64,000 nt of DNA from Candidatus Omnitrophota bacterium (GCA_043823745.1 JBDRAN010000002.1:6296-70295); one strand, 5' to 3'. Shown: positions 8,398 to 18,868, counted from the stretch's first letter. Notes: a model not told the origin generated them from the letters alone. Numbers and translations: made by a program.

Positions 8398-10308
8398 ATG
8401 AGAATTTATGAATTAGCAAAAGAATTAGGGATCGACAGCAAGGAGCTTCTTGAGAAACTTAAGAAGCTGAATTTCCCGGTTAAGAATCACATGTCGACAA
8501 TCGACGCGGAAACTGCTGAAGTGATTCGTCATGAAATTTCAAGTTTAGACAAGCAGGAAATCGAGGATAACGTTATTGAGGTTGATTTTCCTATCACCGT
8601 GAAGGATCTTTCGGTAAAACTCAATAAGAAACCGTCTGAGCTTTTAGGTGATTTGATCAAGGAAGGAAAATTTCTCAATATTAACCAGGGTTTAAGCGAA
8701 GACGCGGCTGCGGGCATAGCGTATCGTTACAAGGTTAATCTTAAGAAGAAACCGACAAGAGAAGAATCGATCCGTGGCGCCGAATCAAAAGACCTGCGCC
8801 CGCGCGCGCCCATTGTTACCATCATGGGGCATATCGATCACGGTAAAACCTCCTTGCTTGATTATATCCGAAAAAGTAAAATTGTCGAAAAGGAAACAGG
8901 GGGCATTACGCAGCATATTGGGGCGTACCAGGTGAGCCTACCGAAAGGTAAGATTACGTTTCTCGATACGCCCGGTCACGAAACGTTTACCGCGATGCGT
9001 TCGCGCGGCGCAACGGTTACCGACATCGTGGTGCTGGTGGTAGCTGCTGATGAAGGTATAAAACCGCAAACCGAAGAGGCACTTGATCACGCGAAAGCGG
9101 CTAAGGCGCCTATTATCGTTGCGATTAATAAGATCGACAGGGCAACCGCTAATCCTGACATGGTGAAGCAGCAGCTTTCTAAGCTTAATTTTTTAGCAGA
9201 AGACTGGGGCGGGAAGACCATTACTGCCGGGGTTTCGGCAAAGACCGGTAAAGGTGTTGACGAATTCCTTGATTTAATACTTCTGCAGGCCGAGATTATG
9301 GAGCTTAAAGCTGATTATGGCCGGGATGCCGTAGGTATTGTGGTTGAAGCCAAGCTTTCAAAAGGAAAGGGGCCGTTGGCTGCGATTCTGGTGCAGGAAG
9401 GGGTATTAAAAGTCGGCGACTGGTGCGTGTGTGGATTGTATGAAGGTAAGATCAAAGCAATGTACGATGACCTGATGTCTCCGATTACCGAGGCGCCACC
9501 TTCATTTCCCGCTGAAATACTTGGCCTAAATGGCGTGCCCAACCCCGGGGAACAACTTTTGGTTGTGCCTGATGAAAAGAGCGCTCGGGAGATTGTCAAG
9601 AAGCGTAGGGAAGAAGAAGACAAGAAGCGGCTTGTTGCACCGGCGCATTTTAAGCTTGAAGATCTATATAAAAAAGTAAAAGAGGAGCATGTCAAACAAT
9701 TCAAGATCATTCTTAAGGCCGACGTGGGCGGAACGCTTGAGGCGGTCGATGCCGCTCTTGCTAAGTTTTCAGGAGAAGAGGTTGAGCTCAATGTCGTGCA
9801 TAAAGGAGTGGGAGCCATTAATGTCTCTGACGTCCTGTTGGCCGAAGTAACCGATGCGGTGGTTGTCGGGTTTAAGGTGAGCGCTGATGCGCAGACGCGG
9901 GACCTGGCCAAACAAAAAGGCATTGAAACGCGGGTGTATCAGATCGTGTATGAACTTCTTGACGATATTAAAGCCGCGCTTGAAGGAATGCTTACGCCGA
10001 CGGTACGCAGAACTTTTGTCGGTAGAATACGAGTTAAAGAGGTATTTAAACTTTCGCGATCGGGTATCATCGCGGGGTGTATCGTGGAAAAGGGAAAAGC
10101 GATCAGGAATTCGCTTTGTCAGGTTACGCGCGGCGCTGAGGTTGTCCACGAGGGTAAAATTCAGTCTTTAAAGCGTTTTAAAGATGACGTGCGTGATGTA
10201 GCCGAAGGTGTTGAGTGCGGGGTCAGCGTGGGCTATAACGGGATTCTTGCCGGTGACGTTATTGATGTGTACAGCGAAGAAACCATAGCGCGGAAATTTA
10301 AGGAATAG
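8398..10308 (+). CDS. infB: Translation initiation factor IF-2 (short N-terminus)
   Basis: G-domain motifs [18 protein letters not shown] and NKID. About 636 aa. ATG 8398 is preferred (AAGGA about 12 nt upstream). A GTG start at 8389 is also possible. Confidence 0.9.
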   Translation: MRIYELAKELGIDSKELLEKLKKLNFPVKNHMSTIDAETAEVIRHEISSLDKQEIEDNVIEVDFPITVKDLSVKLNKKPSELLGDLIKEGKFLNINQGLSEDAAAGIAYRYKVNLKKKPTREESIRGAESKDLRPRAPIVTIMGHIDHGKTSLLDYIRKSKIVEKETGGITQHIGAYQVSLPKGKITFLDTPGHETFTAMRSRGATVTDIVVLVVAADEGIKPQTEEALDHAKAAKAPIIVAINKIDRATANPDMVKQQLSKLNFLAEDWGGKTITAGVSAKTGKGVDEFLDLILLQAEIMELKADYGRDAVGIVVEAKLSKGKGPLAAILVQEGVLKVGDWCVCGLYEGKIKAMYDDLMSPITEAPPSFPAEILGLNGVPNPGEQLLVVPDEKSAREIVKKRREEEDKKRLVAPAHFKLEDLYKKVKEEHVKQFKIILKADVGGTLEAVDAALAKFSGEEVELNVVHKGVGAINVSDVLLAEVTDAVVVGFKVSADAQTRDLAKQKGIETRVYQIVYELLDDIKAALEGMLTPTVRRTFVGRIRVKEVFKLSRSGIIAGCIVEKGKAIRNSLCQVTRGAEVVHEGKIQSLKRFKDDVRDVAEGVECGVSVGYNGILAGDVIDVYSEETIARKFKE

Positions 10309-10395
10309 AAGCGGAACCACGCGGAACTAAACGCTGAAAAAATTCGCGTGCGTCCGCGTAGTCATCCGCGGCTACCCGCTTCTATAAGTCTATAT

Positions 10396-11382
10396 ATGAA
10401 TAAGAAAGTAATCTTAAGCGGGATGCGTCCTACGGGAAAGCTTCATGTGGGACACTGGGTTGGTGCGCTTTCAAACTGGGTTGATCTGCAGGAAACATAT
10501 CAGTGTTTTTTTATGATCGCTGACTGGCATGCCCTGATGAGCGAGTATAAGAATTCGAAAGGTATTCGCGATTGCGTGGTCGATAACGTTAGCGATTGGT
10601 TTGCCTGCGGCATCGATCCGGAAAAATCGGTAGTTTTTATCCAATCCCACGTTCCTGAGCATCTTGAGCTCTATGCGGCATTGTCAGTGCTTACGCCGCT
10701 TGGCTGGCTTTTCAGATGCCCTACGTTTAAAGAGCAAATCCGGCAACTTCGCGATAAAGAAATCAATACGTATGCGTTTCTGGGGTATCCGGTCCTGCAG
10801 GCTGCTGATATTGTCATATACAAAGCGAATGCCGTCCCGGTAGGCGAGGATCAACTGCCCCACCTTGAGCTGTGCCGTGAAATTGTAAGGCGTTTTAACT
10901 CCATATATAAAAAAGAAGTTCTCATGGAGCCGCAAGGGTTACTTACTCCTGTTCCGCGGCTTCTCGGTTTTGACGGAAGAAAAATGAGTAAAAGTTATGA
11001 TAATTATATCGCGCTCGATGAGGATGATGCGGTTGTGCGCATGAAGGTCGCGAGCATGATCACCGATCCTGCTCGCATCAAAAAAGAGGACCGGGGGCAT
11101 CCGGATGTGTGCAATGTATTTTCGTATTATTCTGTGTTCGCGCCCCAGATGAAGCAGGAGGTACATACCTGGTGTACGAGCGCCGCGCGCGGTTGCGTGG
11201 AATGTAAAAAAATTATGGCAGACGCATTGTGTACGTTTATCGCGCCTCGACGCGAGAAAAAAAGAGAAATTCTTGCGAAAAAAGACATTCTTTATGATAT
11301 ACTAAATGAAGGAAAAAAGAAGGCCCAGGTAGTCGCGCAGCAGACATTACGAGAAGTAAAAGAAGCTATAGGTATGGAGTAG
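10396..11382 (+). CDS. trpS: Tryptophanyl-tRNA synthetase
   Basis: HVGH-type motif (GKLHVGHWVGAL) and KMSKS. Start set at the internal ATG 10396 (MNKKVILSG...), giving about 329 aa. No SD. A TATAAG hexamer lies 7 nt upstream. Confidence 0.85.
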   Translation: MNKKVILSGMRPTGKLHVGHWVGALSNWVDLQETYQCFFMIADWHALMSEYKNSKGIRDCVVDNVSDWFACGIDPEKSVVFIQSHVPEHLELYAALSVLTPLGWLFRCPTFKEQIRQLRDKEINTYAFLGYPVLQAADIVIYKANAVPVGEDQLPHLELCREIVRRFNSIYKKEVLMEPQGLLTPVPRLLGFDGRKMSKSYDNYIALDEDDAVVRMKVASMITDPARIKKEDRGHPDVCNVFSYYSVFAPQMKQEVHTWCTSAARGCVECKKIMADALCTFIAPRREKKREILAKKDILYDILNEGKKKAQVVAQQTLREVKEAIGME

Positions 11383-11466
11383 ATGCGGATCGCCGCGGAA
11401 CGAAACGCGGAAATCCGCGGATAATCCGCGTAGTTATCCGCGCGTATCCGCTTCTAATATTCATAT

Positions 11467-12213
11467 ATGAAAATACGACTTGACATATTCGAAGGCCCGC
11501 TCGATTTACTGCTCTATCTGATCAAAAAAGACCACCTCAATATCTACGATATCCCCGTTACCCAGGTTGTCGACCAATATCTGCAATTTTTGGAACTGAT
11601 GAAGATGATGGATATTAATCTCGCGTCAGAATATTTAGTGACCGCGGCAACGCTGATCAGTATTAAGTCGAAGATGTTGCTCCCTGTTGAAAAAACTGAA
11701 GAGGATGAGGTGGTCGACCCACGCGACGAGTTGGTGCAGAAATTACTTGAATATGAAAAGTTCAGGGAGGCGGCAGAATTTTTAAAATCGAAAGAAATCG
11801 AACGCCTTAAATATATTACCAGGCCCGCGACCGAGCTATCCGACAGCGAAGTGTACCTTGAAGCTTCGATTTTCGATTTGATCAGCGCATTCAAAAGCGC
11901 TCTTAAGGAAATTCCCAAAGATATATTTTTTGAGGTTATCAAAGATGAGTTTACGGTTGAACAAAAGATTCACGATCTTCTGCATTTATTGCTTATACGC
12001 GACAAAGTCCCTCTTAATGAACTCTTTGCGAGCGCGAAGAATAAACTTGAGGTTGTTGTGACGTTTCTGGCGATCTTGGAACTTATCAAGCTGCGTGAAA
12101 TTGTGGGTATCCAGGAAAAATTATTCGGGCCGATCCTCATTGCGCGCAGGGAGAATGTTCTTACCGCGCCCCCACAGCATGTTGAGAATGCTGATCAGAG
12201 AGTGCCGCAATAG
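11467..12213 (+). CDS. scpA: Segregation and condensation protein A
   Basis: N-terminal LDIFEGPLDLLLYLIKKDHLNIYDIPVTQVVDQYL is an ScpA signature. 248 aa. Confidence 0.85.
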   Translation: MKIRLDIFEGPLDLLLYLIKKDHLNIYDIPVTQVVDQYLQFLELMKMMDINLASEYLVTAATLISIKSKMLLPVEKTEEDEVVDPRDELVQKLLEYEKFREAAEFLKSKEIERLKYITRPATELSDSEVYLEASIFDLISAFKSALKEIPKDIFFEVIKDEFTVEQKIHDLLHLLLIRDKVPLNELFASAKNKLEVVVTFLAILELIKLREIVGIQEKLFGPILIARRENVLTAPPQHVENADQRVPQ

Positions 12214-12235
12214 ATCGTATAAAAAGATAAGCGCA

Positions 12236-12322
12236 GAGCGTATAGCGCAAAAAACTGTCCATAGTCCAGTGCGTAACGAAGTGGAGCCTCCTCAAAGAGG
12301 ACAGTCGATAGTCCACAGATTC
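12236..12322 (+). repeat. Dispersed about 85-bp intergenic element, copy 1 (scpA-ruvB spacer)
   Basis: Shares blocks AGCGTATAG, GTCCAGTGCGTA and GGAGCCTCCTCAAAGAGGACAGTC with 18866-18955. Confidence 0.7.
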
Positions 12323-12365
12323 AGACAGGAAAATAAAAAATTAAAAAGCGCTACACTAAGGTTAT

Positions 12366-13391
12366 ATGGAAGACGAGAGAGTTGTTGATTATTTAAAGGA
12401 AAACGAAGAAGAGAAGGTCATCAATTTATCCCTGCGCCCGCAGTCACTGGAGGAGTTCATCGGCCAGCGTGCGATCATATCAAGTCTTGATATCGCGATT
12501 GCCGCAGCAAAAAAGAGAAGCGAACCCCTTGAACATGTTCTTCTCTCTGGTCCCCCGGGACTGGGCAAGACGTCGCTTGCCTATTGTATTGCCCGCGATA
12601 TGGGCGCCAAGCTTACAGCCACCAGCGGTCCCGCTATTGAGCGCGCGGGAGATCTGGTCGGCATCCTTACAAACCTGGAAAAAGGAGATATTCTTTTTAT
12701 TGATGAAATCCATCGGCTCTCTAAGGTGGTGGAGGAATTTTTGTATCCGGCAATGGAAAACTTCCAGATCGATTTTATTATCGACAAAGGGCCATACGCC
12801 AAAAGTGTTAAGTTTAATTTGAAACCCTTTACGCTTATCGGCGCAACCACCCGTAAAGGGCTTTTAAGTGCGCCGCTGCGCGGACGTTTCGGTCTTTTCT
12901 TTGATTTTGATTTTTATACCTCCCAAGACCTTGCGTTTGTCGTTGAGCGTAGCGCGCAGCTGCTTGAAGTCGCCATTGACAATGAGAGCGCGCTTGAGAT
13001 TGCGGGGCGTTCTCGAGGGTCTCCGCGCTTAAGCAACCGGTTATTGAAGCGGGTACGGGATTACGCTCAGGTCATCGGAGAGGGGCATATTGATCTTGCG
13101 ACGAGCCGTAAGGCGTTAAGCCAGGTGCGTGTTGATAACGAGGGCCTTGATGATCTTGACCGTAAGTATTTAAAAGCTATGATTGAGCTGCACCAGGGAG
13201 GTCCGGTCGGTATCGAAGCCATCGCGGCAAGCCTTGGTGAAGACAAGGGAACTCTCGAAGACGTTGTTGAGCCCTACCTTTTAAAAAAGGGTTTTATCGT
13301 TCGTTCCCCCCGCGGGCGGATCGTTACCGAAATTGCCTACCAGCACCTCGATATCCCCTATACGAAGCAAACTCAGGGGAATCTCTTCTGA
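12366..13391 (+). CDS. ruvB: Holliday junction branch migration helicase RuvB
   Basis: AAA+ Walker A (GPPGLGKTSLA), sensor motifs and a C-terminal winged helix. 341 aa. Confidence 0.9.
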   Translation: MEDERVVDYLKENEEEKVINLSLRPQSLEEFIGQRAIISSLDIAIAAAKKRSEPLEHVLLSGPPGLGKTSLAYCIARDMGAKLTATSGPAIERAGDLVGILTNLEKGDILFIDEIHRLSKVVEEFLYPAMENFQIDFIIDKGPYAKSVKFNLKPFTLIGATTRKGLLSAPLRGRFGLFFDFDFYTSQDLAFVVERSAQLLEVAIDNESALEIAGRSRGSPRLSNRLLKRVRDYAQVIGEGHIDLATSRKALSQVRVDNEGLDDLDRKYLKAMIELHQGGPVGIEAIAASLGEDKGTLEDVVEPYLLKKGFIVRSPRGRIVTEIAYQHLDIPYTKQTQGNLF

Positions 13392-13465
13392 CCATTCTCT
13401 CTTCCGCAAAAGCTTTAATTTTCAATAAAGTATGATATAATCTGCCTCCTTAGCAGATATATACT

Positions 13466-13696
13466 ATGATGAGCACGTTGGGGAAAACGCTTATTTTGAT
13501 TGGTTCTTTGTTTATACTCGCGGGTCTCGTTGTGTTTATGGCATCCCGCGGTAAAGTGCCTTTTTTAGGGAAACTACCGGGAGATATTCTCGTTCAGAAA
13601 AAAAATTTCACCTTTTATTTTCCCTTAGCCACCTCTCTGGTGGTTAGTGTGGGAGTGAGCCTGATACTTTTTATTATTGCGCGTATGCGTAAGTAA
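13466..13696 (+). CDS. Small membrane protein, DUF2905 family
   Basis: 76 aa with two TM helices and the DUF2905-like GKLPGDIL motif. Confidence 0.55.
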   Translation: MMSTLGKTLILIGSLFILAGLVVFMASRGKVPFLGKLPGDILVQKKNFTFYFPLATSLVVSVGVSLILFIIARMRK

Positions 13697-13788
13697 TACA
13701 ACGTATCACGTAACACGTAACAGGGAACACGTCTTTTTGAAAACGTGATACGTGATACCGGTGGCCCGGTATATACTATTCTATTTTT

Positions 13789-14895
13789 ATGTTTACTATT
13801 ATAAAAGAAGACACGGTAACCAAAGCGCGGCTCGGTATTTTTAAAACGCCGCACGGCTCGGTCAACACGCCCGCATTTTTCCCAGTCGCCACGCAGGCAG
13901 CGGTCAAGGGTTTAACGACCCGGGAGCTTGATGAGATAGGAATTGAGGGGCTTCTGGTGAACGCGTATCATTTATACCTGCGGCCCGGCGTTGATGTTAT
14001 CAGGAACGCGGGAGGATTGCATCGGTTTATGGGGTTTGACAAGACGATCATTACCGATAGCGGGGGATACCAAATTTTTAGTCTTGAGCCCTTTCGTAAC
14101 GTAACTGATGAGGGGGTCGCCTTTCAATCGCACATTGATGGTAAAACGTTCTTTTTAACTCCGGAGAGCGTCATGGGTGTGCAACAGGCTTTAGGAAGCG
14201 ACGTGGCCGTCCCCCTTGACGAATGCGTTAAGTATCCGGCATCATACGAGGTTGCTGAAAAAGCGTGTACGCGAACGGTGTGTTGGGCGCAAAAGAGTAA
14301 AACATTCTTTGACCGGGAAGCTCGTGGACAAGCTTTCTTTGCGATTGTGCAGGGTGCAACGTTTGCGGACTTACGTGCCCGGTGTCTCGAGGCTCTTCTT
14401 TCGCTTTCACCGCAGGGGATTTGCATCGGCGGTTTAAGTGTTGGCGAGCCAGAGGATTTACGGTATAATATGCTTTCTCTTATCAACTCCCAGCTTAACG
14501 GGACCTTTCTTCGTTATTTTATGGGATATGGTATGCCGCGGGATATTCTGGAGGCGGTCAGTCTGGGAACTGATTTGTTTGATTGCGTTGTTCCCACGCG
14601 TCTGGCACGCACAGGGACAGTTTTTACCTGGGAGGGAAAACTGGTCGTAAGAAATTCGCCGTACATCGATGACCACAGGCCGATTGACAATCAATGTTCG
14701 TGTTATGTCTGTAAAAAATTTTCGCGCGCCTATGTGCGTCATTTAGTCAATGTTAATGAAATGCTCGCAGCTCAACTGCTCAGTTACCATAACGTTTTCT
14801 GGTATAAAATGTTTATGGACCGGATAAAAGATGCAATTGCACAGGATCGCTTTGCGGAATTTAAGAAGGAATTTTTATCAAGGTATAAGGAATAA
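13789..14895 (+). CDS. tgt: Queuine tRNA-ribosyltransferase
   Basis: N-terminal GSVNTPAFFPVAT and the C-terminal zinc site (CSCYVCKK...H). 368 aa. Confidence 0.9.
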   Translation: MFTIIKEDTVTKARLGIFKTPHGSVNTPAFFPVATQAAVKGLTTRELDEIGIEGLLVNAYHLYLRPGVDVIRNAGGLHRFMGFDKTIITDSGGYQIFSLEPFRNVTDEGVAFQSHIDGKTFFLTPESVMGVQQALGSDVAVPLDECVKYPASYEVAEKACTRTVCWAQKSKTFFDREARGQAFFAIVQGATFADLRARCLEALLSLSPQGICIGGLSVGEPEDLRYNMLSLINSQLNGTFLRYFMGYGMPRDILEAVSLGTDLFDCVVPTRLARTGTVFTWEGKLVVRNSPYIDDHRPIDNQCSCYVCKKFSRAYVRHLVNVNEMLAAQLLSYHNVFWYKMFMDRIKDAIAQDRFAEFKKEFLSRYKE

Positions 14896-14968
14896 CTGCT
14901 CCAAGCTACAAGTCCCAGGTCCCAAGCTTCAAAAAGCCTGTAGCTTGCAGCCTGTAGCCTGAAGCGAA

Positions 14969-15673
14969 ATGATTATAGATATAATAACTATTTTCCCTGA
15001 AATGTTTTCACCGATACTGGGTGAATCGATTATTAAGCGAGCCCAGGACAAGGGCCTGGTGAGGATCAATTGTCATGATTTGCGCGATTATTCCGATGAT
15101 TCGCATAAAAAGATAGACGCTCCGGCGTATGGAGGAGGCGGTATGGTCTTTTGCCCCGCGCCTTTGTTTACGGCAGTTGAAACAATACTGGGGCGCAGCG
15201 CGCAACAGCAATCATCCCCCATGAAGGCTACGCGTGTTATTTTATTTGGTCCGCAAGGAAAAAAGCTTGATCAGGCAATGATCAAAAAATTTCTTACCTT
15301 TGAGAGGCTTATCTTGTTGGCGCCACGGTATGAGGGGGTCGATGAGCGTGTGCGGACTCATCTTGTTGATGAAGAAATCTCTATCGGAGATTATGTTTTA
15401 AGCGGCGCAGAACTTGCCGCAATGGTTTTTATCGATTGTCTCGTGCGTCGTATTCCGGGTGTCGTTTCTGACGCCTCAAGCGTGCTGCAGGAAAGCTTTG
15501 AGGATAATCTTTTGGATTTTCCTGCCTACACGAGGCCTGAGGATTTTCGTGGCCTAAAAGTTCCATCGGTGCTTTTGTCTGGTGACCATGGTGCCATCCA
15601 AGCCTGGCGCAAGAAGCAGGCGCTTGAGATCACGAAAGCCAAAAGGCCTGATTTGTTGGAACGGAGTACATAG
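14969..15673 (+). CDS. trmD: tRNA (guanine37-N1)-methyltransferase
   Basis: MIIDIITIFPEMF start, AYGGGGMV motif and SPOUT fold. 234 aa. Confidence 0.9.
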   Translation: MIIDIITIFPEMFSPILGESIIKRAQDKGLVRINCHDLRDYSDDSHKKIDAPAYGGGGMVFCPAPLFTAVETILGRSAQQQSSPMKATRVILFGPQGKKLDQAMIKKFLTFERLILLAPRYEGVDERVRTHLVDEEISIGDYVLSGAELAAMVFIDCLVRRIPGVVSDASSVLQESFEDNLLDFPAYTRPEDFRGLKVPSVLLSGDHGAIQAWRKKQALEITKAKRPDLLERST

Positions 15674-15988
15674 ACATTATGGCCTGTCCGTTGTTCGGTG
15701 ACAGGAAATGTAGGAAGTTTTTCGATAGTATCCCGCTTCACAATATACGCCAAAATTTTCACGCTCACGAGGTGAGCAGGATAATTTTGGCGCGTTCAGC
15801 GGGATTAATTCTCCCGGTTTTTCAAGTAGGAAGATTTGAAAGATTGTAGGTCTTATTAAAGTATCCCGACAGCTGGACGCTTCGAAAATTTATGCAAAAT
15901 TTTCTCGCAGCTGTCGGTACAATTCGACTAAGCGTTTTTTCTGCGGCCGGGGCCTTTAAAAAACGCAAGTCTCATTGAGGAGGTTATT

Positions 15989-16336
15989 ATGGATAAGTTG
16001 GTTATGGTGGAGAAGGAAATGCTGGCAACTCTCAAGAAGGATTATCCTGCGTTTCGTCACGGCGATATCGTAAACGTGTATTACAAGGTTAAGGAGAAAG
16101 ACAAAGAGAGGATCCAGCGCTTAGAAGGAGTTGTCATCAAGGTGCAGGGGGAGATGCATCGTAAGTCATTTACGTTGCGACGCCTTGCGTATGGAGAGGC
16201 GTACGAAATAACATTTCCGTATTATTCTCCCAATATTGATAAAATCGCGTTGGTAAAAAAGAGCAAAAAGCTGCCCAGAAGGTCAAAACTCTATTACATG
16301 AGAGAAAAGACGGGCAAAGAAGCGATGGTAGCGTAG
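15989..16336 (+). CDS. rplS: 50S ribosomal protein L19
   Basis: L19 signature ([10 protein letters not shown]...RLEGVVIK...[10 protein letters not shown]). Strong SD GAGGAGG. Conserved trmD-rplS order. Confidence 0.9.
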   Translation: MDKLVMVEKEMLATLKKDYPAFRHGDIVNVYYKVKEKDKERIQRLEGVVIKVQGEMHRKSFTLRRLAYGEAYEITFPYYSPNIDKIALVKKSKKLPRRSKLYYMREKTGKEAMVA

Positions 16337-16413
16337 GTTAGCTCATAAGTTCTTAGGCTCATGAGATCATCAGCTTAGGAGCTTACGGGCTTATTAGCGT
16401 AAAGCTAATTTCT

Positions 16414-16980
16414 ATGATTGTCGGCGTTGACGAAGCCGGAAGAGGCCCCTTAGCAGGAGTGGTAACAGCCTGCGCGTTATATTTGGTGAAAGAGCCTCCA
16501 TTTTCCGTTAGAGACTCTAAAGAACTTTCCGCAGTAAAGCGGGAAGAAATGTTTCCTTGGCTCATTGACAATGCGCTTGTCTGTGTCGGAATTGCAAGTC
16601 CTGAAGAAATAGATCGATATAATATTTTAGAGGCGACGATGCGCGCGGCAAATCGCGCGATCCGAGGGCTCCTGGCCAAGTCTCCTAAGCTTGCGCGCGC
16701 TCGCTTTATAATTGATGGTAACATTTTCCGTACCCATCTTGATATCAAATATGAATGCATCGAGAAGGCCGACAAGACTGTCAAGGAGGTTTCGTGCGCT
16801 TCTATCGTGGCTAAGGTCACCCGGGATCACCTCATGAGTATTGCCGATTTTCTTTACCCGGAGTGGTCTTTCAGGCAACATAAGGGGTATCCCACAAAAG
16901 AGCATTTTTCTTTAATAAAACAATATCCGGTCTCACCGCTGCACCGTAAGAGTTTTTTTCCCTGTAATCAGCATAGGTAA
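16414..16980 (+). CDS. rnhB: Ribonuclease HII
   Basis: N-terminal GVDEAGRGPLAGVV catalytic motif. 188 aa. Confidence 0.85.
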   Translation: MIVGVDEAGRGPLAGVVTACALYLVKEPPFSVRDSKELSAVKREEMFPWLIDNALVCVGIASPEEIDRYNILEATMRAANRAIRGLLAKSPKLARARFIIDGNIFRTHLDIKYECIEKADKTVKEVSCASIVAKVTRDHLMSIADFLYPEWSFRQHKGYPTKEHFSLIKQYPVSPLHRKSFFPCNQHR

Positions 16981-16981
16981 G

Positions 16982-17329
16982 ATGCAGAAAGGAAAAGTTT
17001 ACGAAGACAAAGCAGCGCGTTTTTTAGAGCTTAAAGGATACAAAATTCTTTGTCGTAATTGGCGCGCTCGATACGGTGAGATCGACGTTATCGCCCGAGA
17101 CGGTGCGTATACGGTTTTTCTAGAAGTAAAAGCCCGTGCCCGTAACTGTAACGTAAGCGGGCTGGAGGCGTTGAGCGCGGCCAAACGTCACAGGATTGTT
17201 AAAACCGCGCTTCTCTATACGGCCGGCGCTCCTGATGCGTCATACCGGTTTGATGTGCTTGAGATCATTCACGGTAAGGATTGCTTAGAGTACAATCTTA
17301 TCAAGGACGCGTTTAGGATGAATGAATAA
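16982..17329 (+). CDS. yraN: YraN/UPF0102 family endonuclease
   Basis: 115 aa. GEIDVIARDG...FLEVKAR core. Conserved rnhB-yraN pairing. Confidence 0.75.
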   Translation: MQKGKVYEDKAARFLELKGYKILCRNWRARYGEIDVIARDGAYTVFLEVKARARNCNVSGLEALSAAKRHRIVKTALLYTAGAPDASYRFDVLEIIHGKDCLEYNLIKDAFRMNE

Positions 17330-17499
17330 TTTAGCTCATTGTTCATGGTACATGAGGGATGAGGGACGACCGCTTCGCTAGGACGAAGGATGATCACGCA
17401 ATACGCACGACGCAATACGCAATACGTAGAAAAATACGCAATACCCGATGCTCAATACGCAATACAAAAAGAGAAAGTTATTTAAGATTTGCTGACAAA

Positions 17500-18027
17500 A
17501 TGAAGAAGTACCACGCAGCGTTTAGGCCATATTTAAATGATCTTGCGGCACGTTCGCCATCGCCGGGCGGAGGAAGCGCGGTGTGTTTATTTGTTTGTCT
17601 GGGCATTAGTTTGATCGAAAAAGCAATACAATATTCCCTTATTCCCCGGGGTGCGGTGCCCTCTCGTTCTTTGCGCGGCGCTCTGCGGATAATGGGAGCC
17701 CGGCGTAAGAAAATAGCACTCCTTGTAGACCGCGACGGCTATTTTTTTGCAAAAATTATGACTACACGGGAAAAAGCGCGCGCCCGCTGGCTTACAAAAA
17801 GCGAACAACTTATTGTTGAAGTGGGGAAAAGTTCTCGTGAGGTATTTCTTCTTGCTAAAGAAATAGAATCTGGTATAAAAAAGGGTATTATGAGTGACTT
17901 TTTGATCGGGCTGGATGCTTTGCGCCTTGCGCTTAACGGATGCGCGTATAATCTTGAGACTAACGAAGCATTGTTTGGAAGAAAGAGCACGTATGCCCCT
18001 ATTTTTAAACGTTACGCAACGCACTAG
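17500..18027 (+). CDS. Cyclodeaminase/cyclohydrolase-family protein (FTCD C-domain-like, likely methenyl-THF cyclohydrolase)
   Basis: SPSPGGGSA motif of the formiminotransferase-cyclodeaminase C-domain family. Start moved to ATG 17500 (the upstream part of the track ORF is repeat-derived). Immediately followed by folD. Confidence 0.6.
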   Translation: MKKYHAAFRPYLNDLAARSPSPGGGSAVCLFVCLGISLIEKAIQYSLIPRGAVPSRSLRGALRIMGARRKKIALLVDRDGYFFAKIMTTREKARARWLTKSEQLIVEVGKSSREVFLLAKEIESGIKKGIMSDFLIGLDALRLALNGCAYNLETNEALFGRKSTYAPIFKRYATH

Positions 18028-18028
18028 A

Positions 18029-18868
18029 ATGGCAAAAATCCTTGACGCACAACCCATTTACGATGAATTGAGGGACGATTTAAAGAAGAATATCGCTACC
18101 TTCGGCAAACGTATTGGTCTGGCAAGTCTTGTTGTTGGCACAAATTATTCTTCACAGGTATACCTGGCTTCCCAAGAGCGTTTTGCGCATGATATCAATG
18201 TTGATTATTCTTTTGTGGAGCTTGGCCCGTTCGCTTCGGAGCACACCGCCCTTAAGAAGATAGAGCAGTTAAATGCCGATAGCCGCATAGCGGGTATTAT
18301 CGCCAACAAGCCGTTTCCTACCACGTGGCGCGAGCAGGCAATTTTTTCTGCTATAGCGTGCGCGAAAGATATCGAAGGTGTTACCCCACATAATTTAGGC
18401 TTGATATGTTTGGGCGAGCCTGCGTTTATCTCGCCGACTGTATTGAGCGTTCTTGAATTCTTAAAGCGAACGAAAATTAATCTGTATGGTAAAGAAGTTG
18501 TTATCGTCGGATTCTCTACGATAATCGGAAAGCCATTAGTGTTACTTCTCGCGCATCATTTTGCTACCGTTACCGTTACGCATATTGCGACGTACGAGGC
18601 AAAGCGGCTTCCGTTTTATATCGAAAATGCCGATATCGTTATTTCCGCGGTAGGAAAGCCTTCTTTAATTAAAGGTGCGTGGATTAAGAAAGGCGCAATC
18701 GTTATTGACGTAGGCACCGGCGAACGCGACGGTAAAATCGCCGGGGATGTGGAATTTGAAGAAGTGGCAAAGCGTGCCTCCTGCATCACTCCTGTACCCG
18801 GGGGTGTCGGCAAGCTGACCACGTTGTTTTTGTTTAAGAACTTGTTGAAAGCGGCAACCGGAATATAG
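18029..18868 (+). CDS. folD: Bifunctional methylene-THF dehydrogenase/methenyl-THF cyclohydrolase
   Basis: MAKILDAQPI start, Rossmann motif (VVIVGFSTIIGKP) and the C-terminal PVPGGVGKLT. Start 18029 abuts the previous stop. Confidence 0.85.
   Translation: MAKILDAQPIYDELRDDLKKNIATFGKRIGLASLVVGTNYSSQVYLASQERFAHDINVDYSFVELGPFASEHTALKKIEQLNADSRIAGIIANKPFPTTWREQAIFSAIACAKDIEGVTPHNLGLICLGEPAFISPTVLSVLEFLKRTKINLYGKEVVIVGFSTIIGKPLVLLLAHHFATVTVTHIATYEAKRLPFYIENADIVISAVGKPSLIKGAWIKKGAIVIDVGTGERDGKIAGDVEFEEVAKRASCITPVPGGVGKLTTLFLFKNLLKAATGI

Noticed and set aside
8205-8411. 68-aa ORF in the nusA-infB spacer
   Set aside because: No SD, odd composition and an overlap with the infB start. The region is better explained as a structured leader.
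9315-9923. 202-aa minus-strand ORF inside infB
   Set aside because: Antisense shadow. Ser/Thr/Ala-rich, with no motifs.
12469-12822. 117-aa + strand ORF inside ruvB in another frame
   Set aside because: Out-of-frame overlap with the conserved RuvB Walker region. No start context.
13392-13465. Possible tRNA or sRNA in the ruvB-DUF2905 spacer (ATCTGCCTCCTTAGCAGAT hairpin)
   Set aside because: A single short hairpin, not cloverleaf-compatible, with no conserved T-loop (GTTCRANYC) or D-loop features.
17359-17499. N-terminal 47 codons of the track ORF for the cyclodeaminase-like protein
   Set aside because: The sequence is translated from the CGCAATACG word-repeat spacer, and the conserved domain starts after ATG 17500.
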